DNA of 32,000 bases from Syntrophobacteraceae bacterium (lineage in GTDB: Bacteria > Desulfobacterota > Syntrophobacteria > Syntrophobacterales > Syntrophobacteraceae), in NCBI GenBank assembly GCA_031292215.1, contig JARLHO010000148.1, forward strand, positions 1 through 32,000, in the 5' to 3' direction. Shown one piece after another: positions 1 to 9,400 of the stretch (positions are counted from its first letter, which is position 1; every line of letters begins with the position of its first letter). The translations under genes and the position numbers were made by a program. Below the pieces are notes generated by a model that did no database searches, was not told the DNA's origin, and saw only the letters and a list, made by a program, of their open reading frames with translations.

Positions 1-1
1 G

Positions 2-103
2 GCGGGAAAGGCTAAAAAGGTCGCTCTCACGGCCTGCATGAGAAAGCTCCTTACTATTCTCAATGCCATGGTGAGAGATGACTCGCTTTGGTGCGCAAAA
101 TAA
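2..103 (+). mobile_element. IS110-family transposase, last 33 codons only (the gene starts left of the window)
   Basis: Frame 2 is open from the window edge and reads AGKAKKVALTACMRKLLTILNAMVRDDSLWCAK, with stop TAA at 101-103. The ...RKLLxILNAM(L/V)RD... tail is how IS110/IS1111-type transposases end (recognised from memory, no search run). Confidence 0.6.
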
Positions 104-273
104 CATTATGACCTCTTGATTTTTAAGACAGTTGCTACAAATGCAGCTTATCGAAAGAGGGAGTAATGAATTCGATCGGTATGAATCATCTTGAACGCAA
201 CTTGGTATCAGGTGATCGAGGTGGCTTTTGGACACCCCAAGACCCGGGCCGCCGCCAAACATACACATCAGGG

Positions 274-299
274 ATTCCCGGCGAGGTTTCGCCGGGAAT
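274..299. other. Perfect 11-bp stem / 4-nt loop hairpin between the IS fragment and queH
   Basis: attcccggcga-ggtt-tcgccgggaat, ending 23 nt upstream of the queH ATG. No U-run follows. It could be an IS-end structure or an insulating hairpin. Confidence 0.4.
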
Positions 300-321
300 A
301 AAAGGAAACCGATAGCTCGAC

Positions 322-867
322 ATGGCGCGAATCCTCCTTCATATGTGCTGCGGTCCCTGTTCGATCTTCCCGCTCTCGGCGCTGCGCGCGGAAAACCTGG
401 CCGTACACGGATTTTTCTACAATCCGCACATCCAGCCTTACCAGGAATTTGAAAAAAGGCTTCAAACCCTGCGCTCCTTTGCGGAAAGCCAAGAGCTGCC
501 GCTTATCGTAAGGACCGACTACGACCCGGAGACCTTCTTTCGGCAAGTGGCCTTTCGCGAAGCCAACCGCTGCGTTTACTGCTATTCTCTAAGGCTTGAG
601 GCCGCGGCCCGCCTGGCAAAGAAAAGCCGCTTCGACGCCTTCACCACGACGCTTCTCTACAGTAAGCGCCAGAAGCACGACCTCATCGTATCCATTGCCG
701 AACAGGCTGCTAGCAAACACGGAATCGATTTCCTCTACAGGGACTTCAGGGCCGGATGGCGCGAGGGGCAGCTCGGGGCCCAAAAGCTCGGCATGTACCG
801 ACAACAGTATTGCGGCTGTATTTACTCCGAGATGGAAAGGTTTTCCAATGATCGAAGAACTCGATGA
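322..867 (+). CDS. queH: Epoxyqueuosine reductase QueH (DUF208 family)
   Basis: 181 aa. N-terminal LLHMCCGPC, internal CVYCY and C-terminal YCGCIYS Cys clusters, and overall length, match the QueH/DUF208 pattern. Confidence 0.85.
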   Translation: MARILLHMCCGPCSIFPLSALRAENLAVHGFFYNPHIQPYQEFEKRLQTLRSFAESQELPLIVRTDYDPETFFRQVAFREANRCVYCYSLRLEAAARLAKKSRFDAFTTTLLYSKRQKHDLIVSIAEQAASKHGIDFLYRDFRAGWREGQLGAQKLGMYRQQYCGCIYSEMERFSNDRRTR

Positions 868-1321
868 TGGCCACATCCAGGTGGATGAAAACGGAGACTG
901 GTTTTATAACGGAGCAAGGTTATTCCGGCCGGAAATACTGGAAGCCCTCTACGAAAAGCTCGAACTCTTGCCCTCGGGCGAGTACGTGCTCTCAGACTTT
1001 AATGGACGCTGGCCCATTGAGGTCGCCGACACGGCCTTCGTAGTATCCCGGGTCGATCGTGAACGGGACGAGGCCGGGGGCGAGCGGATAAGGATCGGGC
1101 TAAAAAATATTTCGCGCTACGAGTTCCTCGACCCCGCCACACTCAGGACCGGAAAGGACAATGTTCTTTACTGCCGCGCGGCCGGGGGGCGCTTCCCTGC
1201 CAGGTTTTCCCGCCCGGCCTACTATCAGCTCGCCGAGTTCATCGGCGAGGACGAATCGGGGCAAGGCTTCTTTATCGAGCTGGGCGGGAAAAGATACCCC
1301 ATTAAAGTCAGCGAACAGTGA
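848..1321 (+). CDS. DUF1285 domain protein
   Basis: The internal ATG at 848 gives MIEELDDGHIQVDENGDWFYNGARLFRPEILEALYEKL..., the DGxWxYxGxxIxR... opening typical of DUF1285. The ORF upstream of 848 (596-847) is Ser/Arg/Pro-rich and overlaps queH. The 20-nt overlap with the queH end suggests co-translation. Confidence 0.7.
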   Translation: MIEELDDGHIQVDENGDWFYNGARLFRPEILEALYEKLELLPSGEYVLSDFNGRWPIEVADTAFVVSRVDRERDEAGGERIRIGLKNISRYEFLDPATLRTGKDNVLYCRAAGGRFPARFSRPAYYQLAEFIGEDESGQGFFIELGGKRYPIKVSEQ

Positions 1322-1392
1322 AGAGTGAACGGTGAACAGAAAAACACCAGGTTCACCACCAGCCATTCACTCCTCACTTTTCACTGTCACTC
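1315..1392. repeat. GTGAA/TTCAC heptad-rich inverted repeat (copy 1); probable bidirectional terminator between convergent genes
   Basis: The left arm acagtgaagagtgaacggtgaacag (AGTGAAN heptads) pairs imperfectly (8+5+5 bp) with the right arm attcactcctcacttttcactgtcactc (NTTCACT x4). There is also an inner perfect 7-bp hairpin, ggtgaac(1331-1337)/gttcacc(1351-1357). It lies between the stop at 1321 (+) and the stop at 1387 (-). Confidence 0.55.
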
Positions 1393-2826
1393 GGAAATCG
1401 CAGTAACCGTATTGCCTCCCGCCTTCTTTGACTTGTACATGGCCTTGTCGGCCCGATTAAAGACACTCTCGATGGTTTGATCGGCCTCAACGATTTGGGT
1501 CACCCCGATGCTTATGGTCAGGCTGATTTCCTGCTTATGGTAAACGAAGCGGGTATTCTGGATCATCTTGCGCAGTCTATCGGCCACAGTGGCCGCGCTC
1601 TCCTGGCAGGTGGCCGGAAAAATCATCAAAAATTCGTCCCCTCCCCACCGTCCGATAAGATCGGTTTCACGCAGCATGGGTTTGATTCGCCGTACGATCT
1701 CCTTGAGGCACCTGTCGCCCGCCCAATGGCCGTGCTGATCGTTTATGGACTTGAATCGATCCAGATCGAATACGAGCAGCGAAAAAAACTGGTTGTACCT
1801 CTGGAAGCGGTACATTTCGTTTTTTAGCCGCTCCTTTAAAGCCCGCCGGTTGGCCACACCGGTAAGAGAGTCGATGAGCACCTCTTTTTCGAGCGCCTTG
1901 CGCTTTTCATGGACCTGGTCGACCTCTTTTTTCATCCGGGAAAGGTTTTGATTAAGAGACTCCATCTCCTCATTTAGCCTCTCCTGGTAGAGGACCTCCG
2001 AGCGGCGTTTTTCCTCGAGGGCGCTACGTATCGATGCCAGTCTCAAAAGCACGAGGTCTCTAAACTCGGCAAGCGTGGTGCTGAGCTGCGCCGATTTTTT
2101 CATGTCTTCCACTTGGATTTCCACAATACTGTTGAACTTATTATCTTCGCTCTGGCTCTGCCCTGTCTGGTTCATCGTATCCAGATATTGCCGCTCGAGT
2201 TCGAGAAGACCGACCCCCATCTCCGTTATGAACTCGGTGACCAGGGTGCGCTCCTCGTCTATCGCCTGATTGTAGAGCTCGACGAGCATGATGATATCGT
2301 TTTTTAGCTTTACGATCTCTTCGATCCGGGTGCATTTCTCGATTCTTCCCCGCAGAAGGGCCACTCGCCCGGCATATTCTTCTCCGAAATCATGGTCGAA
2401 TTCGCCGACCAGGCGAAGAAAGATTGACTGGAGTTCATTGATGACGGCGTTGGCAACCGTAGGACCGTTTTCTTGAGAGCGGTTTGGGGCGGCGCCGGGC
2501 GCCTGCCCGGCCGCGCCATCGAGATCGTCGCTCGCCATTATGGCGTCTCGCAGCGCCATGAGGCTCTTTTCTATCTCCTCGGCGGCGGATTCGTTTTGCG
2601 CCGTTTTTTTGAAATCGAGAAGCCTCTGGTTTACCACCCGGTTGTCATTTTTGGCCAAGGCGCAAAGGGCGGTGATCGATCGCCTCAAAAGATCGCGCAT
2701 CCTCATTGCCTCTTCATGGTCTTCAACCGCGCTTTTGAAGCCCTTCCCGTTGACTTTCCCAGCCGGCTTCGGCGCATTTTTTGCGATCGCGTTTTCTTTC
2801 CGCCCGCCCACTTCTAGCTCACTCAT
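1387..2826 (-). CDS. Diguanylate cyclase (GGDEF) with a long coiled-coil N-terminal region
   Basis: The C-terminal domain has LTGVANRR..., FDLDRFKSIND, and RETD-LIGRW-GGDEF (an intact GGDEF with an RxxD I-site five residues upstream). The N-terminal ~300 aa is helical and charged with no TM segment. The start was chosen at ATG 2826 (MSELEV) because it sits 2 nt after the upstream gene's TAG. The longer ORF to 2883 has no SD. Confidence 0.85.
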   Translation of the reverse strand: MSELEVGGRKENAIAKNAPKPAGKVNGKGFKSAVEDHEEAMRMRDLLRRSITALCALAKNDNRVVNQRLLDFKKTAQNESAAEEIEKSLMALRDAIMASDDLDGAAGQAPGAAPNRSQENGPTVANAVINELQSIFLRLVGEFDHDFGEEYAGRVALLRGRIEKCTRIEEIVKLKNDIIMLVELYNQAIDEERTLVTEFITEMGVGLLELERQYLDTMNQTGQSQSEDNKFNSIVEIQVEDMKKSAQLSTTLAEFRDLVLLRLASIRSALEEKRRSEVLYQERLNEEMESLNQNLSRMKKEVDQVHEKRKALEKEVLIDSLTGVANRRALKERLKNEMYRFQRYNQFFSLLVFDLDRFKSINDQHGHWAGDRCLKEIVRRIKPMLRETDLIGRWGGDEFLMIFPATCQESAATVADRLRKMIQNTRFVYHKQEISLTISIGVTQIVEADQTIESVFNRADKAMYKSKKAGGNTVTAISE

Positions 2827-2828
2827 GG

Positions 2829-3050
2829 CTATAGAACCCTTTCTGTTTTTGCCTTGCCGCCCGCTTCCCCTCGCCCGCCGCATCCATTGCGTTTAGGGGT
2901 GAAAAGCTGGCATTGGACACCGGAGGCAGCATAGATTTCCAGGTGCGGAAGTCTGGACGACTTGATGCCCCACGCGGCGCAGCCGTAAGGCGCTCCTTTG
3001 ATCCAGGTGATCAAATAGTGGGTGCATCGGGTGCAATCGACTTTGTCCAC
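2829..3050 (-). CDS. Small conserved Cys-containing protein of unknown function, translationally coupled to the GGDEF gene
   Basis: The core is VDKVDCTRCTHYLITWIKGAPYGCAAWGIKSSRLPHLEIYAASGVQCQLFTPK. GTG 3050 is preceded by caGGAGGgtttt (a strong SD with 5-nt spacer). The ORF stays open to TTG 3128 / ATG 3101, which have no SD, so the start is uncertain. I recall similar ~75-100 aa CxxC...GCxAxGxKS...P...SGxxCxxF proteins in other bacteria but cannot name the family with certainty. Confidence 0.5.
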   Translation of the reverse strand: MDKVDCTRCTHYLITWIKGAPYGCAAWGIKSSRLPHLEIYAASGVQCQLFTPKRNGCGGRGEAGGKAKTERVL

Positions 3051-3319
3051 AAAACCCTCCTGCTTATACAAACCGACTGGAGAAAGTCGGGCCGCGTTCA
3101 TGACCGCTAAAGGTTGATTCCCGGTCAACCGACCTGTCGATAATTTGGCTAAAATTGCAGTCGCACTTCAAGCATGATCAATTTCCATGCCAATCCCGGC
3201 AATCTTGAGTTTCCGGAGGATGCCCCGCGAACTTTCTTTGTTCAGGTGGGAAATTTTTTCCCTCCGGAACGGGCAAACAGGAAAAAAAGATTCGAGTTGA
3301 TTTTTAGCGCCTTTTTTCT

Positions 3320-3346
3320 TAAGTATTTTATTTCAAATTCCGATTC
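3320..3346 (+). promoter_or_regulatory. Possible sigma-28 (FliA) promoter for the flgM operon
   Basis: TAAG-N15-TCCGATTC compared with the consensus TAAA-N15-GCCGATAA. It ends 22 nt before the ATG at 3368, with SD AGGAGG at 3353-3358. flgM operons are classically FliA-dependent. The match is partial. Confidence 0.3.
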
Positions 3347-3367
3347 CATGTCAGGAGGTAATGAGGC

Positions 3368-3643
3368 ATGGTCATCACAGGCTATCAAGTGCAGAGTGTA
3401 TTGCGCACGTATACTCGTGAGCTGAAGAAGTCTAAGCTTCTAGCTCAAGAGAACGGCGAGTCGGGCAGTTCGGAGAGCGGTGCGACAAAAGTCGCAATCT
3501 CCAGCGAAGGCAAGCGCAAGCTCATCATGGACCGTCTGACCAGCCAGATTTTAGCGAACATGTGCCCCAAACAGGATAATGAAGCCGGTCCGGCAGGAAG
3601 CCAATCAGCCAGTAGCAACGGACCGGTGGCCGAAGGAAAGTGA
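3368..3643 (+). CDS. FlgM-associated small protein (DVU0524-like)
   Basis: 91 aa, MVITGYQVQSVLRTYTRELKK... followed by a low-complexity tail. AGGAGG lies 9 nt upstream, and the stop overlaps the flgM start (GTGA at 3640-3643). The family name is from memory. Confidence 0.55.
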   Translation: MVITGYQVQSVLRTYTRELKKSKLLAQENGESGSSESGATKVAISSEGKRKLIMDRLTSQILANMCPKQDNEAGPAGSQSASSNGPVAEGK

Positions 3644-3936
3644 AAAAAATTATGAAAATACCGCCATATGTAGCCAGCGCCGTTGGGAGTTCAAGTGCGG
3701 TGGACCCGAAGTCGGGGGCTACCGAAAAGGCTGCGACTGGAAGCGGTGCTAATTCCTCGGACCGGGTCCAGCTTTCGCAAAACTATCAGAGCCTTGCCAA
3801 TGTGCAAAAGTCGCTCTCAGGAAGCGATGCAATCCGAACCGATAAGGTTCAACAGATACAAAGCCAATTGGCAAGCGGAACCTACCAGGTAGATTCCGGG
3901 GCGATAGCGGAAAAAATGATGGGCGAGGTAATGTAG
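3640..3936 (+). CDS. flgM: Anti-sigma-28 factor FlgM
   Basis: 98 aa. The N-terminus is disordered and Ser/Ala/Gly-rich. The C-terminal IRTDKVQQIQSQLASGTYQVDSGAIAEKMM matches the FlgM signature (R.dKV..ik..i..G.Y.vd...iA.km). The start could be GTG 3640 or ATG 3652. Confidence 0.75.
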   Translation: MKKIMKIPPYVASAVGSSSAVDPKSGATEKAATGSGANSSDRVQLSQNYQSLANVQKSLSGSDAIRTDKVQQIQSQLASGTYQVDSGAIAEKMMGEVM

Positions 3937-3963
3937 CAGGACATTTTATTGACATAGTACGCA

Positions 3964-4012
3964 AAGGCCCGGCGTGATTGTTTTGACACTTGCCCGGGCC
4001 TTACCTTTTTTT
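3964..4012 (+). terminator. Rho-independent terminator after flgM
   Basis: A 9-bp stem, aaggcccgg (3964-3972) / ccgggcctt (3994-4002), followed by acc + T7 (4006-4012). Confidence 0.6.
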
Positions 4013-4138
4013 CGCCATTTCACGCGATCTCGATTTCGATGCAAAACCAAGCGACCTGGCGCCTGCCTCGAAATTCGACCGTTCGAGCCGGGATGTCCGC
4101 AACTTCGCAAATTGAGTCGCCGGGATACTGCCCGTAAA

Positions 4139-4987
4139 TCAGAAAGCCGCCTGCCAGGACTGGGCTATGATTCTGCTCTTCTTGGCCCCGATCATTTCCT
4201 CGGTTAAATTCCAATTCGATAGAAAGGCTTTCTCGAGAATCATATGAGGAACGTCAATAGTTTTATCCGGGCAGATAGTGACACAGTGCATGCAACCGAT
4301 GCAAGTTTGGGGGTCCGATAAACCGGTGGCGGCGTCAAAGGCCCCGGCAGGACATGCCGTTTCGCAATCGAGGCACATACTGCATCCGTTTGTCGAGCGC
4401 AAAGGATTTGTCCAATGCCTTTCTTTTGCTTTAGGCGCACTCTCCAGTTCGGCCAGAACCTGGGGATAGCCAAAAGGCTTCTGCAACTGAAGGACCGGAT
4501 TATCCCGTGAAAAACGCTCGATCGCAAGCGCTGCGAATTCCCGCGCAATGCGAAAGTCTTCTTCATCGGGTCGATCGGACAATACCTTCCATCCTCCGAC
4601 ATTGAACGAATGGCGTCCAAGGAATTCGGCTGTTAGGTGAAGCCGGAAATCAGCCTGTTTTAGGAGCATCGAAGTGTGGAAATGAGCATATCCGGTGGTT
4701 CTTCCGCCGTAGGTGAAAAATGTGGCGCATTTTTTCCCCTGGCCGTTTAGCGTGGGCAGCCATTCGTTTATGACACTGGGCGCGAAATTGGAAAATACAG
4801 GAAACCCGAAGATGACGGCCTCGAAGCCGTCAAAGGAAAGCGGCTTTCGGCGGTCCTCAAGCGTCGTTACGTTTAACGGCTGCGCGGCGCACCCGCGCTG
4901 GAGCAGTTCGTCTTGAATAGTCTGGATATAGGAATGGGTGACATTTGTGGCGGAAAAGTAGACAAGAGCTACTCTTGGATCAGCCAT
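4139..4987 (-). CDS. Flavodoxin-like domain fused to a 2x[4Fe-4S] ferredoxin domain
   Basis: 282 aa. The N-terminus VALVYFSATNVTHSY... is flavodoxin-like. The C-terminus has CSMCLDCETACP and CIGCMHCVTICP (two CxxCxxCxxxCP clusters). AGGAG lies 7 nt upstream of the ATG. Confidence 0.8.
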   Translation of the reverse strand: MADPRVALVYFSATNVTHSYIQTIQDELLQRGCAAQPLNVTTLEDRRKPLSFDGFEAVIFGFPVFSNFAPSVINEWLPTLNGQGKKCATFFTYGGRTTGYAHFHTSMLLKQADFRLHLTAEFLGRHSFNVGGWKVLSDRPDEEDFRIAREFAALAIERFSRDNPVLQLQKPFGYPQVLAELESAPKAKERHWTNPLRSTNGCSMCLDCETACPAGAFDAATGLSDPQTCIGCMHCVTICPDKTIDVPHMILEKAFLSNWNLTEEMIGAKKSRIIAQSWQAAF

Positions 4988-5095
4988 GATTGATCTCCTA
5001 TCCTTGCTCTAAGGTTTTTGATCGAAATCCTCCCCCTTCGTCCCGGACACCTAAACCATCCAGTGCGTAGAGCTTACCGCCATTCTTACCCCTAA

Positions 5096-5184
5096 GCAAG
5101 ACTCGCAGGAAGAGGCCAGGCTCGATCGCCCCCTTTTTTTGCAAAGGGGGGCGATCGAGCCTGGCCCCTTTTGCGAGTCATTGC
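5096..5184. repeat. Long GC-rich palindrome (member of a dispersed 'ggggggcgatcg' repeat family)
   Basis: A perfect 20-bp stem, ggccaggctcgatcgccccc (5114-5133) / gggggcgatcgagcctggcc (5147-5166), with loop tttttttgcaaag. Outer arms gactcgca (5100-5107) / tgcgagtc (5172-5179). It lies downstream of the 5243 stop (minus strand), so it may also terminate that gene. Confidence 0.7.
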
Positions 5185-5242
5185 AAAATCAACTTCCGTC
5201 CGCTCTTCTATATCGCCATAAAGGCGATTGAGTCCGGCCCCA

Positions 5243-6343
5243 TCACGACCCGGGTTTCCGGATGGAAACTATTCTTGCTGCGCAAACATCCGCGCCGTCG
5301 ATCCGCAGGTCCGGCGCCCTGCGCTCCATGGCCAGGATCTGAGCGATAGAGGGCGCCCAGTTGCCGGCCCGGAAATTCTTTGAATCGATAAATACCGAGG
5401 TAAGTTCCCTATTAATGGTCTCTACGAGCACATCGTATTCGGATAACTGGCCGCGTTCCGTATAGATGATGGGTGTGCCCTGGGCAAGGCAATCCGAAAC
5501 GATCCCGTAGCCCGGCTTGGTCAGCACCGCATCGGATGCCCCGACGACATCGGCAAACGATACCGGCGCCCCATCCAAACAGATTGCGCCCGCAACGTCA
5601 AATTTCATCGGGCTTTTGTAGAGCAAAACAATTCCGTCCATATTTTCGAGGTTGCCTACCGCGCTTTCCTTGAGATCAAGGCTTACGAAGGAAACCAGGA
5701 TGACCTTATCGGTAGAGGTAAGTCCCAGAATCGAACGTACCAGGGAGCGGGATTTTTTGGCCTTCCGCGCGACCAGGGGAACATCCTCCACCCTGGGACA
5801 GGCCGAACAATCTCCATGCATCGGGAGTCGGAGAAAAAGCGAGCATTTTTGATAGCCGCGCCGAATGGTGGAGATTATGGGGGCCCAGCGAGGGTCTTTG
5901 GCCGCATAGACATCGTATATCCAATCCCACGTAAAGTTGCCGATTCCAATCGAGGGTATCCCGCACCTGTATGCCGCCTCGAACGGAAGCCACGCGATAT
6001 CGGAAATCACAACCTTGATACCCTCGCGCCGGATGAACTCGACTTCGCGAGCTATGATCTGTTCAGACTCCGCGTTCAGGCGGGATAAAAGATCCAGGGA
6101 TTTTTCCAGGTCGAACCTGATGGAATCGTGTTGATAAAGCCCCACGTCGAGTCGCAGGCGTCTGATGCGGGGAAGGCTTCCGAGGTTTTGCTCAACTAGC
6201 GCATCGGGTATATCCGATACGATTATCGGCTCGATACCCGGCGCCAAATCGGCCAGGACCCGCAGGACCTCCAAGGAGCGCACCGCGTGGCCGAACCCGT
6301 GCGGGGTGATATAGTAGGCTATCGCCGACTTTTCTTTCTTCAC
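5243..6343 (-). CDS. GT-B-fold glycosyltransferase-like protein (YYITPHGFGHAVR type)
   Basis: 366 aa from GTG 6343, which is preceded by AGGAG + 6 nt. The N-terminal AYYITPHGFGHAVRS loop and C-terminal TKPGYG(I/T)xSD resemble MurG/GT28-like enzymes and the N-terminal GT domain of plant arabinokinase (from memory). The extra 19 codons of the tracked ORF (to 6400) are just the translated GTGAA repeat. Confidence 0.65.
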   Translation of the reverse strand: MKKEKSAIAYYITPHGFGHAVRSLEVLRVLADLAPGIEPIIVSDIPDALVEQNLGSLPRIRRLRLDVGLYQHDSIRFDLEKSLDLLSRLNAESEQIIAREVEFIRREGIKVVISDIAWLPFEAAYRCGIPSIGIGNFTWDWIYDVYAAKDPRWAPIISTIRRGYQKCSLFLRLPMHGDCSACPRVEDVPLVARKAKKSRSLVRSILGLTSTDKVILVSFVSLDLKESAVGNLENMDGIVLLYKSPMKFDVAGAICLDGAPVSFADVVGASDAVLTKPGYGIVSDCLAQGTPIIYTERGQLSEYDVLVETINRELTSVFIDSKNFRAGNWAPSIAQILAMERRAPDLRIDGADVCAARIVSIRKPGS

Positions 6344-6359
6344 TCGTTGCTCCTGGTTT

Positions 6360-6423
6360 GTGAATAGTGAGTAGTGAATAGTGAATAGAAAAAGCTCCAC
6401 TCACCCACTCACCGCTTCACTGC
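6360..6423. repeat. GTGAA/TCAC heptad-rich inverted repeat (copy 2)
   Basis: The left arm is gtgaat-agtgagt-agtgaat-agtgaat-ag (four AGTGAAT-type heptads), followed by aaaaag, then the right arm ctccactcacccactcaccgcttcactgc. It shares the '...gtgaa(c/t)AGAAAAA...' junction with copy 1 at 1315-1392. The right arm overlaps the last codons and stop of mksB. Confidence 0.55.
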
Positions 6424-9400
6424 TCTTTTCCTCCTCCAGCCTCCCGGTAAACCGCCTTCCCCGCACGACGACCTCTTCGGCGCCACTGTCATCGATCCCT
6501 CGCACCAGCCGGTAGGCGGTCCCGCGTCTTGCCCGGTCCGCCGAAGGCGCGGCCACCAGCAGTTGCAGATCCATTCGCTCGCAGAACTCCCCCAGGGTGT
6601 CGAAGGACTTGGGGCTAAGGCGCGCGGCCTCGTCGAGAAAAAGAAAGCGCATGCTCCCCACCTCCCGCTTACCTCTAAAGAGCACTGCCTGGTGCTCCCA
6701 GGCATCGAGTATGACCATGAGAACGGCCGCCCCCACCCCGATGGATTCCCCGGTTGACAGGGTGCTCGAAGATGCCCTTATCCACTTATCCGATCCAAAT
6801 CTTCGGACCTCGGCGCTCATGCGCACGTACTCACGGTAGTCAAGGAGCTGGTCTCCCCGGATCTGACCGCCCCCGACCTGCCGGTAGAGCTCGGACATGG
6901 CTTCCTCTAAAGAGATGTGGGAATTGAAGAGCTCCTTTTGCACCTGCAAGCCGCTTAGCAGTCTTTGCATGCTCTCCACCCGGTCGAGGTAGATGCGAAT
7001 CCCCGCTATGGTCCCAAAACTCACCGCCTCGAGCCTGCGGTTAAGCTGATGGACCTGCCGTTCTTCCGTGCGTATGCGGTTGCGGATACTGTTGGCCACA
7101 GAATCGGAGCGCTGCCTCAATTGCCGCTGCTGGTCGTCTAGCTTTTCTCTTAGCCTCAGGAGATAGCCGCCGATCTGCTTTACGGCGATTTCCGGATCAT
7201 CTGCCTGGGCGATGTCTCGCGGGGTGCTCCTTTCCAGGAATTGGCAAGTCAGAAGCCAGGCCTCCAGGATTAAGAACCCGCGCCGCAAGTCGCTATCCCT
7301 GGTTTCAAAGAGCTTTTCGAGTTCCTGCCGCAGTTCCGCCGCCTCGGGGATCGTCTTCAGGATATTTTTCAGCTCCCCCTGGCGCCTGGAGGCATCCTCG
7401 AAGGCCTGCGCCGCAGTTTTGTTCTCATAAAAAGATAGCACCGAAGGCTCCATCAGCCGGTCCAAAAGCCCTGCGCGCCTTATCCCGCGTTGCAGGCTCA
7501 TCCAGGCCCGAAAGTGTGGCAAAAGATCTTTTAGACACTTTTTCCTCTTGCCGCGAGCCTCGAACACCCGGTTGGAACCTGTTTCCATGTCCTTTTCGGC
7601 CCGGATCAGGTCGTTTCCAACTCCCCGCTCGGCCTTTTGAGCGGCCTTTAACTCCGCCGCCGACGCTTCCCTGAAATTTTCAGCCTCCTCCAGGCTTTGG
7701 CTGCTCCCGTCCTGTCCGGTGCTCTCCAGATCGATTTTGAGGTTTTCAAGCTTTTCGAAAAGCCCCTTGGCCTTTGCATCAAAGGAGTTAAACTCTTCGC
7801 GGCCGCCCCTGTAGTCGAGGTCCGCCTGGCCCAGGACCCGCCTTGCGTCCTCAAGGTCGGAATCGAGCACCCTTTTTTGATTTTTCAATTCCTCGAAAAC
7901 GGACTGATGTTCACCCAGAACTTTTTCCTGGTCACCCAATTTGAGGTGTGGCAACCGGTCGATCAGCGTGACCAGCAGTTCCCGCCCCCTGGACCAGTAT
8001 TCCAGGACGCTCTCGGCCTTGGAGAGCTCCTCTTTTAGCTCGGCTAAAGCCTCGGGGGCCGGTGGAGGATTTTCGAGCTCATACATGCCGCCCCGCACGC
8101 GATCCATTGCCGCTCGAATCGATTCCATGCAGGTCCTGGCGGTTTCGGCGCCCTTTAGCCGGGTCTTTAGTTCCCGTGATTTTTCAAGCCAGTCCTGCTC
8201 ATCGAGCAGATCGGCGTCGGGAAGTATGGGAGCGAGCTCCTTTGCGAGCTCGCCCTGCCTCCGGGTAAGCGTGGCTATCTCCTCCACACGCTTTTTTGCC
8301 GGAAGGGACAAGGAATCTATTTCTCCCAACCGCTCCCGCAGCCGGGCGATTGCTTCGGCGGGATCGGGCGAGCCCAGGAAGCGATAATGCCTCCTTAGCA
8401 GTCCAATTTTTTCGAGCCCTTCAAGCAACCGCGCCTCTTCGCTTCGAGCCGTTTGGGTTTCGGCCCGAAGACTTTCCGCGTAAGCCCTGAGTCTTTCGAC
8501 TTCGAGTTCCCGGGCGGCGCGGCCAACCGCCGGCCTTTCCGGGTGGCGGGAAAGTCGCCACGCGTCCCCCATTTTGACCAGCTCGGCCGCCGGATAGGGC
8601 TTACCTTCGGGGAGCCCCTTTAAGGTCCCGGCCTCAATGAGCCAGACGTGTTCGGGGCGGTCGGGCTCTCTAGAGATTATCTCGGCGGCTTGCGGGATGT
8701 CTTCGACCAGAAGGGCCCCGAGCAGCGGGCCGAGTCGGGCCTCAAGGGCCGGAGCTTCCGCCTGCGGGGTATCGTCGTAGAGTTCGGCGGCAAGAGCCCC
8801 ATCTACCAGGTCGCGAAGTCGTACCAGCGCTTCATCGAGGCGTCCGCCCCCGAATTCGAGTTCGGAGATTTTCGAAAGGGTGGCTTCCCGGTCCTTATGA
8901 AGGAGTCTCAGCTTTCCGCGAACAGTTTCCAGATCGGCCCTGGCGCTAGAATCGAGACTATCCAGCGAGGGCCCGTCGGTTATTTTTGCCAACAGTCCGG
9001 CTTCGAGTTTGCCGACGATCGCCCGGGCCTGCTTCCACTCTAAGGCCTCCGGACCCAGCCGCCCGATTTGTTGCTCCAGCAGCGCTTTTTCTTCTCTTAG
9101 CGTGGCAAGGCGCTCCTGGAGGCTTGAGCGCTCCTCGGACATCTTGGTCAACTCTTTTTGAAGGGATTCGAAAAGCGAGCGCAACCCTTGCGCGCCGGCA
9201 GCCTTTTCCCCCATGTTTTCAAAAAATGAGGCCTTCTTGCGTACCTCCTGCTGGCGTTCCCCCCTTTTTACGGCCCGCCTCAACTGCTCGGAAATGTTTG
9301 CGGCCTCCCTTACCATCATCTCCATATTCCGGAACTCGTCTTCGAGCTCTTTTGCCGTCTCCAGCCCGTTTTCCCGCGATACGCTCTTTCCCGAAGCGCT

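Noticed and set aside
596-847. 5' extension of the DUF1285 ORF (tracked as 596..1321)
   Set aside because: The extension lies entirely inside queH in another frame and translates to Ser/Thr/Arg/Pro-rich low-complexity sequence. The family-like sequence begins at ATG 848.
2827-2883. Longer start (ATG 2883) for the GGDEF protein
   Set aside because: It has no SD, adds an Arg/Gly-rich tail (MRRARGSGRQGKNRKG), and overlaps the end of the upstream small gene. ATG 2826 gives stop-restart coupling.
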